NCBI GenBank assembly: GCA_048499175.1
Contig: JASOAK010000004.1
Span: 36,373-100,372, forward strand
From: a bacterium
GTDB lineage: Bacteria > UBA10199 > DSSB01
Direction: 5' to 3'
Length of the DNA: 64,000 bases
The notes beneath the pieces are model-generated. The model was not told the DNA's origin and did no database searches. It was given only the letters and a program-made list of their open reading frames with translations. A program made the position numbers and the translations under genes. Below are positions 22,369 through 32,450 of the stretch, piece after piece. Within the stretch, counting starts at the first letter, position 1. Each line of letters starts with the position of its first letter.

Positions 22369-22647
22369 ATGGAGATTTTTCGCAGAAAAATAGCTATTTT
22401 CGTGGCGGTGGCGCTGCTTTCGTTTTCATTCGCCTCAATCGATCGGCATTCAAACCATGAACCTTGCGCAAAGTCCCCGGCTCATCATTGCTGCGTCCAA
22501 TGCTGCCCTACTCATAACCTCGCGCCGCTCGCAGAAAATACAAAGGCTTTAGCAAGCTCAGCCTCCGAACGGAAAATTCTTTCCGATCTTGCCGATTATC
22601 ATCCCGAAATTCACCTCAACCGGATTTACCGGCCTCCCATCGTTTAA
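22369..22647 (+). CDS. Small secreted Cys/His-rich protein (CzcI-like position upstream of czcCBA)
   Basis: Signal peptide plus HHCCVQCCPTH. First gene of the low-GC island, after the AT-rich promoter region. Confidence 0.4.
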   Translation: MEIFRRKIAIFVAVALLSFSFASIDRHSNHEPCAKSPAHHCCVQCCPTHNLAPLAENTKALASSASERKILSDLADYHPEIHLNRIYRPPIV

Positions 22648-22743
22648 TTCCGTTTTTTTTTCATTTTATCCGATATACGCCGGCCTCTTCCAAGGTTTGG
22701 TCGGTGCGCGCATTTAACCTGATTTTCAACTAGGCAGGATTTT

Positions 22744-24009
22744 ATGAAGATCCAACGGATATCGACGCCGAAATTTGCCGCCATGGCAACGGCGGCCTTA
22801 TGGATTTTTGGCGGAACGACCCCGACTTTCGCCGACAACGTATGTCTTATTGAAGAAAGACAAGACATTCTGAACTGCGCTCTGAAGAACCACCCGGATA
22901 TTATCGGCTTAAAATATGAGAGACTGCGGGACCAAAAACTGGTCGACATCGCCAAGCAACGGCCAAATCCGGAAATCGAAAGCCGCCTCTTGGGCGGCAA
23001 GAGCGCGGACGACACTTCCTTCAACACCGAAACAATCTTATTGACGACTTGGGAACTTGGAGGGAAACGCAAGGCGCGGATAAATCAAGCGACCGTCCTG
23101 GGCAATAAACCTATCGTCAATACCCTACAGACGAAGGAATCCATCGCCTTGCAGACGGTCTTGGCCCTTTACCGCTTGCGGCAAATCAGATCTGAGTTGT
23201 CGCAACTCGATGAAGCCATCGCCACCTTCAATAAAATTCAAAGAACCTTCCAGGCGCGGCCAAAGCTCGCTCCCGAGCAAGAAGTCTCCTCGGCATCCTT
23301 TGATTTGGCTCGCGAGGATTATCAGCTTCAAAAAACGAGCTTGATCCAAGAGCAAAGCGAACTCAAATATTTCCTCGAGCTGGCCACGGGGAACGCCTTT
23401 TCCATTTTGCAAAGGTATCTCCCGCCATTCAAGTCCCGCTGGCCGAAGCTGCAAAGCGAAGCGGACATTTCAAATATCCACAACTCAACCATCGCGCTAG
23501 CAAAACTGGACCAAGCCATCGCCCAATCCGAGATTCAGGTCGCACGATCAAAGGTCTGGCCCGACTTGAAAATCGGCCCGACCCTGGACACAGAGTCCCT
23601 AACCAACAGCACGAAGGCCATCGGGGGGGTTGGTTTTTCGATTCCACTTCCAATCTTGAATCGCAACAAAGGTGAAAAAGCTTTTGCCGAGGCCGAAAAA
23701 TTAAGGTCGGACACTAATCTCGAATTAACCTTGAGAAAAATCTCCATCGAGCGACGGACTCAACTCCAGCGATATTCGACGGCCATTCGGGCATTAAAAC
23801 AAAGCCCGGCGGTATCCCAGCTGTCCAGCAAACATGAAAGTATCGAGAGCTTATTCGAGAAAGGCCTGGTTCCAAGCACCCTCGTCATCGAGGCGCATCG
23901 TCAATTAAACGACATCGTCAAAACCCGGAACGAGCAGGAACTTACCGCCATTGACGCCCTTTGGCGAATATACATCATTGACGGTCGTCTGTCGGAGGCG
24001 CGGTTATGA
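22744..24009 (+). CDS. czcC: TolC-family outer membrane efflux protein (CzcC-like)
   Basis: 421 aa. Signal peptide and two-repeat TolC architecture. Its end overlaps the adaptor start (ATGA). Confidence 0.8.
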   Translation: MKIQRISTPKFAAMATAALWIFGGTTPTFADNVCLIEERQDILNCALKNHPDIIGLKYERLRDQKLVDIAKQRPNPEIESRLLGGKSADDTSFNTETILLTTWELGGKRKARINQATVLGNKPIVNTLQTKESIALQTVLALYRLRQIRSELSQLDEAIATFNKIQRTFQARPKLAPEQEVSSASFDLAREDYQLQKTSLIQEQSELKYFLELATGNAFSILQRYLPPFKSRWPKLQSEADISNIHNSTIALAKLDQAIAQSEIQVARSKVWPDLKIGPTLDTESLTNSTKAIGGVGFSIPLPILNRNKGEKAFAEAEKLRSDTNLELTLRKISIERRTQLQRYSTAIRALKQSPAVSQLSSKHESIESLFEKGLVPSTLVIEAHRQLNDIVKTRNEQELTAIDALWRIYIIDGRLSEARL

Positions 24010-24626
24010 AAATACGTTATTGGATAATTATTTGCGTCGTTCTTTTGGGGGGGCTTGGATTGCAGGCGAGATTCCAAGCAAAAGGACGTCCTTCCTCAAC
24101 CGATTCCCCCAAACCAGAAGCCACCCGCCATCCTCATGAAATGAAAGAAAATGAGGACCATGATCATGACAACGAGGAAGAAAAAAACGGTCATAAGACG
24201 GGGGACAAAGATGAACATGGCGAAGCAGACGAAGACCACGAGGATCACGGGGATCACGGCGAATCCGAGGAAGAATCCGTCGGCGGGGTTGGAAAAGGCA
24301 ATGCTGTAACCGCCGCGAACAAAAACAGGGGGATTCGGCTTTCGCCCAAGGCGATTGAGACAATGGGGATTAAAACCGATTCTTATAAAAATGGGATCAT
24401 TCCGGCCTCCGCCCTGGTTCGTTATCAGGACAACCTGGGGGTTTATCGCCTACGGGAAAATTGGTTCAAGCTGATCCCCATCACTATCAAAAACCAACAA
24501 GGCGATTCATTAAACATCCTGTCTCCTGATTTAGAGACAAGCGATCAGATCGCGGTGACAGGCACTGGATTGCTGCGAGCCGCCGAACTCGACGCCTTTT
24601 CGGGAGAGGCCGCCCATAGCCATTAA
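24006..24626 (+). CDS. czcB: RND efflux periplasmic adaptor (CzcB-like), internally truncated (206 aa)
   Basis: TM helix and His/Asp/Glu-rich N-terminus. The start of the membrane-proximal domain (IRLSPKAIETMGIKT) is joined directly to the C-terminal membrane-proximal strands (IIPASALVRYQDNLGVYRL...IAVTGTGLL). Only 621 bp separate czcC and czcA. Confidence 0.65.
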   Translation: MKIRYWIIICVVLLGGLGLQARFQAKGRPSSTDSPKPEATRHPHEMKENEDHDHDNEEEKNGHKTGDKDEHGEADEDHEDHGDHGESEEESVGGVGKGNAVTAANKNRGIRLSPKAIETMGIKTDSYKNGIIPASALVRYQDNLGVYRLRENWFKLIPITIKNQQGDSLNILSPDLETSDQIAVTGTGLLRAAELDAFSGEAAHSH

Positions 24627-24643
24627 GCGGATGAAAAAAATCT

Positions 24644-27600
24644 ATGATCAATAAAATTATCCACTTTTCGGTCTATCGAAGAAACATCGTTTTCTTCCTG
24701 ACCGCCCTACTGGCAATCGCCGGGTGGATGGCCTTTGAAAGGCTTCCCATCGACGCGGTCCCGGACATCACCAATGTCCAGGTTCAGATCAATACCACCG
24801 TGGAAGGGCTGGCTCCGGAGGAGATTGAACGGAATATCACCTTTCCGATCGAAACCACAATGAACGGAATTTCGGGAGTGACCCAGGTGCGATCGATTAC
24901 CCGCATCGGTTTATCCCAGGTAACCGTGGTTTTCGAGGATAACGTCGATATTTACCGGGCAAGGCAACTGGTTTCCGAGCGCCTGCAATCGATCGCGGGC
25001 CAACTGCCGGACAAGGTCCAACCCCAATTGGGGCCCGTATCCACCGGTTTAGGGGAGATTTATTATTACGCGGTAGAGGCCAAGGACGTCAAAACCGGTC
25101 CCGAGCGAATCGAACAACTAATGGAGCTCCGCGCGCTTCAGGATTGGTACGTCAAACCGCGTTTGCTGACGGTCAAAGGAGTGGCCGAAGTCAATACGAT
25201 CGGCGGGTTTGAGCGGCAATTTCATATCCAGCCGAATTCGGAGAAAATGTCCTATTATGGCTTGCATTTCGACGACATTGAGGAGGCGGTCGAGAAAAGC
25301 CATAAGAACGTCGGGGGCGGTTACATTCAGCAAACAGGCGAGCAATTCATCGTTCAGGGCTTCGGCCTTTTGCAAAATATCGAGGATATTAAGGGCCTCA
25401 CGGTCAAATCGCTCGAAACATTCAAAACCCTCACCATCGGCGACGTCGCGGACGTCCGCCTTGCCACGGAACTCAGGACCGGAGCGGCCCTAGTCGGAGG
25501 ACAAGAAGCCGTCGTGGGCACGGCCTTCATGCTGATGGGAGAGAATAGTCGAACCGTCTCCCAAAGGGTCGCAGAAAAGATTCAGGAAATAAAAAAGGAT
25601 CTCCCCGAGGGAGTGACTATTCATACCTTGTATGATCGGTCGGATCTGGTCAACGCCACGCTCGGTACCGTCGAGCACAATCTTTTAATGGGAGCCGGTT
25701 TAGTGATCGTGGTCCTGCTCCTGCTGGTGGGCAACCTCCGCGCCGCGCTCATAACCGCAGTCACCATTCCCCTCTCTCTGCTATTCACTTTCATCATCAT
25801 GAAATGGCAGGGAATCTCGGGCAACCTAATGAGCCTCGGCGCCCTGGACTTCGGCATCATCGTCGACGGAACGGTTATCGTGCTGGATAACTGCGTGCGC
25901 ATGGTCCATGACAAGACCCAGCACCTGAAACGGGCCTTATCAAAGGAAGAATTGAAGCAAACCGTCGTCGAAGCGACCGTCGAAATTCGCCAGGCGGCCG
26001 GCTTCGGAGAACTCATCATTATCGTGGTATTCATCCCTATCTTCGCCCTAACCGGCATTGAAGGGAAGATGTTCATGCCTATGGCAGCGGCGTTCATCGC
26101 CGCATTGCTCGGAGCCCTAGCCTTCTCTTTCACCCTCGCTCCGGCCCTCGCCAGTACCTTCCTATCGTCCCGAGCCGAGGACAAAGAGCCAAGGCTGATG
26201 CAGTGGATTGCCAAATTCTATGCGCCCATCCTGAAACTAAGCCTTAGATTCCGCGCCGCGGTCATCAGTATCGCCGTGGTTTCTTCGGTCGCGGGTTTCG
26301 TTCTATTCGTGCGCCTGGGCGGCGAGTTTTTGCCGCAACTCAACGAAGGGTCGATCGCCCTGCACATGATCCGCCCGGTCAACATCAGCCTGGACCAATC
26401 GATCGTTCTTCAGGGGCTTTCCGAAAAAAAGATCCGAGAGTTCTCTGAGGTCAAAACTGTCTTTTCACGCATCGGCACGGCCGAAATCGCCACCGATCCG
26501 ATGGGAGTGAACGTATCCGACACCTATATCATGCTGAAGCCCAAGGAGGATTGGCCCCTAATCGATGGAAAACGTCAAACCAAGGATCAGCTTGTCCAAC
26601 GAATCGGTAAAGAGCTCGCTTCCTCGATCGCAGGGCAGCGGCTCGTCTTCAGCCAACCTATTCAGATGAGATTTAACGAACTACTCGAAGGAACCCGCGC
26701 CGATGTCTCGGTGAAAGTTTTCGGCGACGATATGGCCAAATTGGCCGAAGCAACCCAGGAGATACAAGAAGCCATCAAAAAGGTTCCCGGCTCGGGCGAC
26801 GTGGAGACGGAGATCAAGGGGACTTCGCCGATGTTGCGCATTATCCCAAAGAAAGAGGTTCTCCATCAATACGGCATCACTCACCAGGAAATGCTTCAAG
26901 TGATCAGCACCGCCTTGGGAGGGGATGAGTTGGGATACCTATATGATGGGGTCAAAAGATTTCCGATTGTCCTTCGTTTGAATGAAAAAGATCGCTCGAA
27001 TCTCGACCAAATCCGAAAACTCCCCGTCGCGGTGGCCACAAACCTGACCGTGGCCTTATCGGATGTGGCAGACATCAAATTCGTCGATGCTTATAGCTCG
27101 GTATCCCGGGAAAATTCCAAGCGTCGCGCGGCCGTTCTGATCAACCCGCGCGGGAGGGACACGGAGAGCTTTGTTGAGGAGGCGCAACAAAAGGTCGATA
27201 CTCAGGTGAAAATGCCGGTGGGGTATTTCCTGGAATGGGGCGGTAATTTCAAGAATCTGCAGGAAGCGCGGAAGCGTTTGCTGATTTTGGCGCCCTTGGC
27301 CCTGCTCCTGGTCTTCTTCATGATTTACACCGCATTTAAGGACATCAAGGAAACCATCCTGATCTTTCTCGGCGTACCCCTGGCCTTGGTGGGAGGTGTC
27401 TTGGGATTAAAGCTGAATGGACTCCCGTTCAGCATATCGGCGGGTGTTGGCTTCATCGCACTTTCCGGTATCGCGGTCCTGAATGGTGTCGTGCTGATCA
27501 GTTATTTCAATCAATTGGTCCAAACCGGACTCTCACCGCTTGAAACAGTCAAAAAAGGGACTTTAATCCGGCTTCGCCCCGTCCTGATGACGGCCTTGGT

Positions 27601-27775
27601 CGACATCTTCGGATTTCTACCGATGATGCTGTCCACCGGCGTTGGCGCTGAGGTTCAGAAGCCCCTTGCTTCCGTCGTCATTGGGGGGATTATCTCCTCG
27701 ACGTTTCTCACCTTGTTGGTTTTGCCGACGATGTACACCTGGATAGCGAGGCAAGAAAAGGACGTGGAATTATAA
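24644..27775 (+). CDS. czcA: Heavy-metal efflux RND transporter CzcA/CusA family
   Basis: 1043 aa with HME-RND hallmarks (AIAGWMAFERLPIDAVPDITNVQVQI..., 12 TM helices, two large periplasmic loops). Confidence 0.95.
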   Translation: MINKIIHFSVYRRNIVFFLTALLAIAGWMAFERLPIDAVPDITNVQVQINTTVEGLAPEEIERNITFPIETTMNGISGVTQVRSITRIGLSQVTVVFEDNVDIYRARQLVSERLQSIAGQLPDKVQPQLGPVSTGLGEIYYYAVEAKDVKTGPERIEQLMELRALQDWYVKPRLLTVKGVAEVNTIGGFERQFHIQPNSEKMSYYGLHFDDIEEAVEKSHKNVGGGYIQQTGEQFIVQGFGLLQNIEDIKGLTVKSLETFKTLTIGDVADVRLATELRTGAALVGGQEAVVGTAFMLMGENSRTVSQRVAEKIQEIKKDLPEGVTIHTLYDRSDLVNATLGTVEHNLLMGAGLVIVVLLLLVGNLRAALITAVTIPLSLLFTFIIMKWQGISGNLMSLGALDFGIIVDGTVIVLDNCVRMVHDKTQHLKRALSKEELKQTVVEATVEIRQAAGFGELIIIVVFIPIFALTGIEGKMFMPMAAAFIAALLGALAFSFTLAPALASTFLSSRAEDKEPRLMQWIAKFYAPILKLSLRFRAAVISIAVVSSVAGFVLFVRLGGEFLPQLNEGSIALHMIRPVNISLDQSIVLQGLSEKKIREFSEVKTVFSRIGTAEIATDPMGVNVSDTYIMLKPKEDWPLIDGKRQTKDQLVQRIGKELASSIAGQRLVFSQPIQMRFNELLEGTRADVSVKVFGDDMAKLAEATQEIQEAIKKVPGSGDVETEIKGTSPMLRIIPKKEVLHQYGITHQEMLQVISTALGGDELGYLYDGVKRFPIVLRLNEKDRSNLDQIRKLPVAVATNLTVALSDVADIKFVDAYSSVSRENSKRRAAVLINPRGRDTESFVEEAQQKVDTQVKMPVGYFLEWGGNFKNLQEARKRLLILAPLALLLVFFMIYTAFKDIKETILIFLGVPLALVGGVLGLKLNGLPFSISAGVGFIALSGIAVLNGVVLISYFNQLVQTGLSPLETVKKGTLIRLRPVLMTALVDIFGFLPMMLSTGVGAEVQKPLASVVIGGIISSTFLTLLVLPTMYTWIARQEKDVEL

Positions 27776-27790
27776 TTTTAAGGAGGATCT

Positions 27791-28132
27791 ATGCAAGAGA
27801 TCAAGGCTATCATTCAACCCTTTATGCTCTCCCAGGTTATCGACGCCCTCAAAGAGATCCATGATATGCCCGGGGTAACGGTTTCGGAAGTGAAAGGTTT
27901 CGGCCGCGGACGCGCGGCAAACACCAGCAACGGGGTAACCGAGTGGGGAGTGATGTTTGTGCCCAAAGTAAAGCTGGAGACAGTCGTTCGGGATGAAATG
28001 GTGGATGAGATCGTCACTGCAATTGCAAAAAACGCTCATACCGGCAACGTCGGCGACGGCAAGATTTTTGTGTATCCAGTCTGCCGAATCGTCAAAATCC
28101 GGACCCAGGAGACTGGGGAGGGCGCTCTATAA
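27791..28132 (+). CDS. P-II superfamily protein (PII-NG type, linked to metal transporters)
   Basis: 113 aa. MQEIKAIIQPFMLSQV...VKGFGRGR...GDGKIFVYPV. Stop overlaps the ATPase start (TAATG). Confidence 0.85.
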   Translation: MQEIKAIIQPFMLSQVIDALKEIHDMPGVTVSEVKGFGRGRAANTSNGVTEWGVMFVPKVKLETVVRDEMVDEIVTAIAKNAHTGNVGDGKIFVYPVCRIVKIRTQETGEGAL

Positions 28133-30036
28133 TGAAAGAGGATGCTTCAAGGTTGGGCTATGGCGGCAAATGGTATCTCCATCCCCTCCTGCGCAATGCC
28201 ATATTGTCCGGAATCCTGACCGGGATTTCCTTCGGCTTGGCGCATCTGAATTTGATTGCCCCGAAGATTGAATTAATTCTCTACCTGATGGCCATCCTGC
28301 TCGGAGGATACCATTGGGCCCGGGAGGGAATCGAAGAGGTCTTCGAAAAAAAGAGGGTTGGCATTGAAATTCTCATGTTGGGCGCAACAATAGGTTCCTC
28401 GGTCCTGGGAATGTGGGATGAGGCCGCATTCCTCGCTTTTCTTTACGGAACTGCGGAGGGAATCGAGGAATACACCTATGCAAGAACCCGGCATTCTATA
28501 CGCAAGCTTTTGGATCTGACGCCCAGACAGGCCCTGCTTATCCAGGAGGGAAAAGAAATTTTGATACCGGCTCAACAATTGAAGATCGGAGACCTTTTTT
28601 TGGTCAAGCCGGGAGAAACCATCGCGACGGACGGAATCATTGTAGAGGGATTCTCAAGTGTAAACGAGGCTCCTATTACGGGCGAATCCATGCCTGTGGA
28701 AAAGAAAAAGGGAATGAGGGTTTTTGCGGCCACCTTTAACCAAGAAGGAGCCTTGGTGATTAGGACCACGGCTTCTTTTGAAAACAACACCCTTTCCAAG
28801 GTTATTCATCTGGTGGAAGAGGCTCAGGAACAAAAGGGCAAAGCACAACTTTTCATCGAAAAATTCGGCAATATATACAGCCCTATTGTTTTGCTGGGGG
28901 CAGTTGTCTTACTTGTTATCCCATATACCTTGGGATGGAATTTTTCTGAATGGGCGACAAGAGCGATCGTTCTCCTGGTCGCCGCCGCACCTTGCGCCTT
29001 GGTAATGTCCACGCCCATCGCCATCGCGGCGGGCATCGGCAAAGCGGGGCGATGCGGCATCCTGGTCAAAGGCGGAGCCCATTTGGAGAATTTGGGAGGG
29101 CTACGGGTCGTGGCCTTCGACAAAACGGGCACATTGACCTCCGGAAAACCTGTGGTAACCGATCTGGTTCCGCTACAAAGCGATGAGAAAGAGCTACTGT
29201 CCCTCGCCTTCAGCCTAGAAAAATTCTCGCAGCATCCTTTGGCCCAGGCCATCGTATCGAAGGCCCAATCCATGGAAATTGAAGCCGCGGAGGTCAGTGA
29301 TTTCGCATCCATGACTGGTTCCGGCGTTCGGGCCAAGCTAAGCGGTCGCTTCTTGTACGCAGCAAAACCCGAGTTTTTCAGCGAACAGGGCTATGATCTT
29401 CCCTCGCTAAAAATCGACAGGCTGCAGGAACAGGGCAAGACAGTCATCATGGTGGCAACGGAGATTTCACTATTAGGCCTCGTCGGAATACGGGACGAGA
29501 TTCGGCCTAATGCCGCGAAAACGATCCAAACCCTGCATAGGATGGGTATTAAAACCGCCATGCTGACAGGAGACAATGAGCGAACGGCCCGAGTGATCGG
29601 AAAAGAGCTGGGCTTTGACGACGTTCGGGCAGGCCTGAAACCCCAGGATAAGATTGGCGCTATCGTAGAACTGGAAAAACGATATGGCGCCGCCGCAATG
29701 ATTGGAGACGGAGTCAACGACGCGCCGGCGCTTGCGCGGGCCACCGTCGGCATAGCGATGGGGACGGCGGGGAGCGATGCCGCCATTGAGGCGGCTGACG
29801 TGGCTCTCATGGCCGACGATCTTAACAAAGTCGTCGAAGCGATATGGCTCGGAAAAAAGGCCAGAAAAATCGGCCTTCAAAACATCGTGTTCTCGTTGCT
29901 TATTCTTTCGGTACTGATTCCTTCCGCTCTTGCCGGAATACTGAGCGTGGCCCTCGCCGTATTTGCCCATGAGCTCTCCGAAATCCTAGCGGTGTTGAAC
30001 GGTCTTCGCATGGCCAAAAAAGACCCCATTTCCTGA
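28132..30036 (+). CDS. Heavy-metal translocating P1B-type ATPase (no N-terminal metal-binding domain; APC motif in TM6)
   Basis: DKTGTLT phosphorylation site, TGES actuator (ITGESMP), GDGVNDAPAL hinge, AAAPCALVMSTP metal-binding TM motif. Confidence 0.9.
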   Translation: MKEDASRLGYGGKWYLHPLLRNAILSGILTGISFGLAHLNLIAPKIELILYLMAILLGGYHWAREGIEEVFEKKRVGIEILMLGATIGSSVLGMWDEAAFLAFLYGTAEGIEEYTYARTRHSIRKLLDLTPRQALLIQEGKEILIPAQQLKIGDLFLVKPGETIATDGIIVEGFSSVNEAPITGESMPVEKKKGMRVFAATFNQEGALVIRTTASFENNTLSKVIHLVEEAQEQKGKAQLFIEKFGNIYSPIVLLGAVVLLVIPYTLGWNFSEWATRAIVLLVAAAPCALVMSTPIAIAAGIGKAGRCGILVKGGAHLENLGGLRVVAFDKTGTLTSGKPVVTDLVPLQSDEKELLSLAFSLEKFSQHPLAQAIVSKAQSMEIEAAEVSDFASMTGSGVRAKLSGRFLYAAKPEFFSEQGYDLPSLKIDRLQEQGKTVIMVATEISLLGLVGIRDEIRPNAAKTIQTLHRMGIKTAMLTGDNERTARVIGKELGFDDVRAGLKPQDKIGAIVELEKRYGAAAMIGDGVNDAPALARATVGIAMGTAGSDAAIEAADVALMADDLNKVVEAIWLGKKARKIGLQNIVFSLLILSVLIPSALAGILSVALAVFAHELSEILAVLNGLRMAKKDPIS

Positions 30037-30090
30037 AATACTGTTTGGAGGTATTATTTTCTAGTTAATTTCAAATATGAGGAAGCAGGA

Positions 30091-30546
30091 ATGAAAACAA
30101 CATTTACATTGTTGCTATTTCTTTTCGGAACCTTAGTTTCGTCTTTAAGTTATTCATGTGATTGGGACATGCGAAATTGGAGAAGAGACAGCCCCGGCCG
30201 GTGGCATGGCCAAGACTACTATGGCTGTCCTCATATGACTCCAGATTTAGAGAGAAAATTCCAGAAAATGCCGGGAGCCGAGCTGTTTCAAACCAAAGGA
30301 TGCACCGGCTGTCATACGATTGGTGAAGGGGACAAGGTCGGTCCGGATTTGTCAGGCCTTTTCAAACGAAGGGATGAAAAGTGGATTCGAGAGTTCATTC
30401 GAGATCCCACCGGCAATATCCAAACAGATTCGACGGCCGGAGCTCTTAAAGAACAGTATGGTTCTCAGATGCCCTATGTGGACCTTAGCTCCAAAGAGCT
30501 CAACCAAATTGTGAGATTTCTGAAGGTCGCCACGCAAGGAACTTAA
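30091..30546 (+). CDS. Secreted class-I c-type cytochrome
   Basis: Signal peptide. Haem-binding CTGCHT and a downstream Met ligand (GSQMPY). Confidence 0.75.
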   Translation: MKTTFTLLLFLFGTLVSSLSYSCDWDMRNWRRDSPGRWHGQDYYGCPHMTPDLERKFQKMPGAELFQTKGCTGCHTIGEGDKVGPDLSGLFKRRDEKWIREFIRDPTGNIQTDSTAGALKEQYGSQMPYVDLSSKELNQIVRFLKVATQGT

Positions 30547-30662
30547 ATTACGTCCGTTCGGTTCGAATCAGAAGTCCAAGAAAAGCTTGGACGCAGACGA
30601 TTACCGAGTAACGCGACGTCTTTGCCCAAAACCCTATACAATTCGCAAATGACCAGAGTCGC

Positions 30663-31307
30663 TCAACCCCGCCGCACCACCAGCATGACGACGTCCTCGC
30701 CCGCCTCGATCAGCTGGATCTCGTAGCCGAAGAGCTGGACCTTGACCGGGCTGGTCGGCTTGCGGTGGTTTTTGCTGGTGAGGATGATCTCGTTCTCCTC
30801 GCCGGCCTGGCTGACCTTGATGCGCATGCCGACCTCGCCCTCGCCGCCACAGTCGTAGCCGCCCTTGCACAGCGTGTTGATGAACTCGGTGGTTTGGAGT
30901 TTGAGAGGCTTGCCGGTATCTTTCAATACCGCGGTCTGATTGACCCCGATCAGAAAACTCTGGTTGAGCTCGATATGGATTTCGTTGCTGGCGAGGTCCT
31001 TGACCGGGGCGAGGTTGCCGGTGGACTTGACGCTCGTGGCGGTGAAGACGCCGGGGCCTCCCGAGCGCCCCTCGACCTCCACGCTGTCCCCCTCCTTGAT
31101 GTCCTGAAAAGTCGCCTTCCCCTGAAGGGTGCTGAAGCGGGTGCCGCCGGTGACGTAGACCCGGGTGACGGGCGGGACGTCTAGGCCGAAGCTGTGGCTG
31201 CCGTAATTGACGTTGCGGACGATCCCGCGCAGGGTCTCGGCGTGGAGCGCCGAGGCGGCGAGCAGGATCGTAAAAAACGAGAGAAATCGGAGGCAAGAGG
31301 TCTTCAT
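30663..31307 (-). CDS. Secreted hypothetical protein (DUF5666-like beta-rich)
   Basis: Signal peptide MKTSCLRFLSFFTILLAASALHA. Repeated V.V.G...F motifs. Confidence 0.5.
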   Translation of the reverse strand: MKTSCLRFLSFFTILLAASALHAETLRGIVRNVNYGSHSFGLDVPPVTRVYVTGGTRFSTLQGKATFQDIKEGDSVEVEGRSGGPGVFTATSVKSTGNLAPVKDLASNEIHIELNQSFLIGVNQTAVLKDTGKPLKLQTTEFINTLCKGGYDCGGEGEVGMRIKVSQAGEENEIILTSKNHRKPTSPVKVQLFGYEIQLIEAGEDVVMLVVRRG

Positions 31308-31385
31308 GGGGGCTCCCTATCTTGAGTTGGGGCTTATCTTACTACGCCTTGGGACTCGGGAAAAACCGGAAATGTTAGGCGGCTT

Positions 31386-31487
31386 GTAGGGGCGAACCTT
31401 GTGTTCGCCCTCCCCGGGGATGCCTCATATTTTAGTGAATTATCCGGAGCTCCGTGCTCAAGGGGCGAACACAAGGTTCGCCCCTAC
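31386..31487. repeat. REP/MITE-like element, same 25-bp terminal inverted repeats as 11549-11686 with a different core
   Basis: GTAGGGGCGAACCTTGTGTTCGCCC ... GGGGCGAACACAAGGTTCGCCCCTAC. Confidence 0.8.
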
Positions 31488-31571
31488 AAATTTCCCTTGG
31501 TCTCCTCCCCCCATGCTGATATTTTTCGCGCCGATCCGGGCTCTTCACATTCAATCCAGGCGGAGGTCCTC

Positions 31572-32429
31572 ATGAAGGCCGTCAATTTCCTCTTTTTCAT
31601 CATCTTTTTGGTCATCGGCGAGCTCATCGCCATCGCGGTGGGCGCCGCGGTGCATCCCGCCCTGGGCGGCGTGCTGGGCGTCGGGGCCTTCTTCCTCGCC
31701 CTGCTGTTGGCCATCGCCATCAAGGTGGCCTACCAGTGGGAGCGCGCGGTCATCCTCCGCCTCGGTAAATATTCCGCCACCAAGGGCCCCGGCCTCTTCT
31801 TCATCGTGCCGATCCTCGACACCGCTATTTTCGTCGACACCCGCATCCTGACCATGGACATCCCGGCCCAACAGGTCATCACCCGCGACAATGTGCCGGT
31901 CTCGATCAACGGCGTCGTCTACTTCAAGGTGGCCAAGGTCGAGGACGCCATCATCAAGGTGCAGAACTACCGCGTCGCGATGATGCAGTACGCCCTTACC
32001 GTGCTCCGCGACATCATCGGCGAGATGACCCTGGACGAGCTGCTCTCGGAGCGCCAGCGGATCAGCGACCAGATCGGCAAGGCGGTCGAGGCGCAGGCCG
32101 CGGCCTGGGGCCTGGACGTCGACACGATCAAGCTGCAGGACATCGATATGCCGGAGGAATTGAAGAAGATGATGAGCCGCCAGGCCAGCGCCGAGCGCGA
32201 GAAGCGGGCAACGATCACCAAGGCCGAGGGCGACAAGGAGGCCGCGCTCAACCTGGCCGCCGCCGCCACGACGATGGCCACCAGCCCCGGCGCCATGCAG
32301 CTGCGTACTTTGCAAACCATCGACGGCCTGGGACCGACCGCGTCCAACACGGTGGTCCTGGCCGTGCCCATCGAGCTGATGGAGCTGGCCAAGTTCGCAG
32401 GGCAGGCTTACAAGAAGCAGGCCGGATAA
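31572..32429 (+). CDS. SPFH/band-7 (stomatin/QmcA-like) membrane protein
   Basis: N-terminal TM region. SPFH core ILRLGKY...FFIVPILDT...ITRDNVPVSINGVVYFKV. A GGAGG ribosome-binding site precedes the ATG. The ORF-track start at 31401 lies inside the REP element and was rejected. Confidence 0.85.
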   Translation: MKAVNFLFFIIFLVIGELIAIAVGAAVHPALGGVLGVGAFFLALLLAIAIKVAYQWERAVILRLGKYSATKGPGLFFIVPILDTAIFVDTRILTMDIPAQQVITRDNVPVSINGVVYFKVAKVEDAIIKVQNYRVAMMQYALTVLRDIIGEMTLDELLSERQRISDQIGKAVEAQAAAWGLDVDTIKLQDIDMPEELKKMMSRQASAEREKRATITKAEGDKEAALNLAAAATTMATSPGAMQLRTLQTIDGLGPTASNTVVLAVPIELMELAKFAGQAYKKQAG

Positions 32430-32450
32430 TTCGAAAAGCAAGACATCTCG

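Noticed and set aside
30550-30570. tRNA (GGTTCGAATC T-loop-like string)
   Set aside because: The flanking sequence cannot form a T-stem or the rest of a cloverleaf.
31401-31571. N-terminal extension of the SPFH gene as given by the ORF track
   Set aside because: The extension runs through the REP element. A GGAGG ribosome-binding site and a typical membrane anchor begin at the ATG at 31572.
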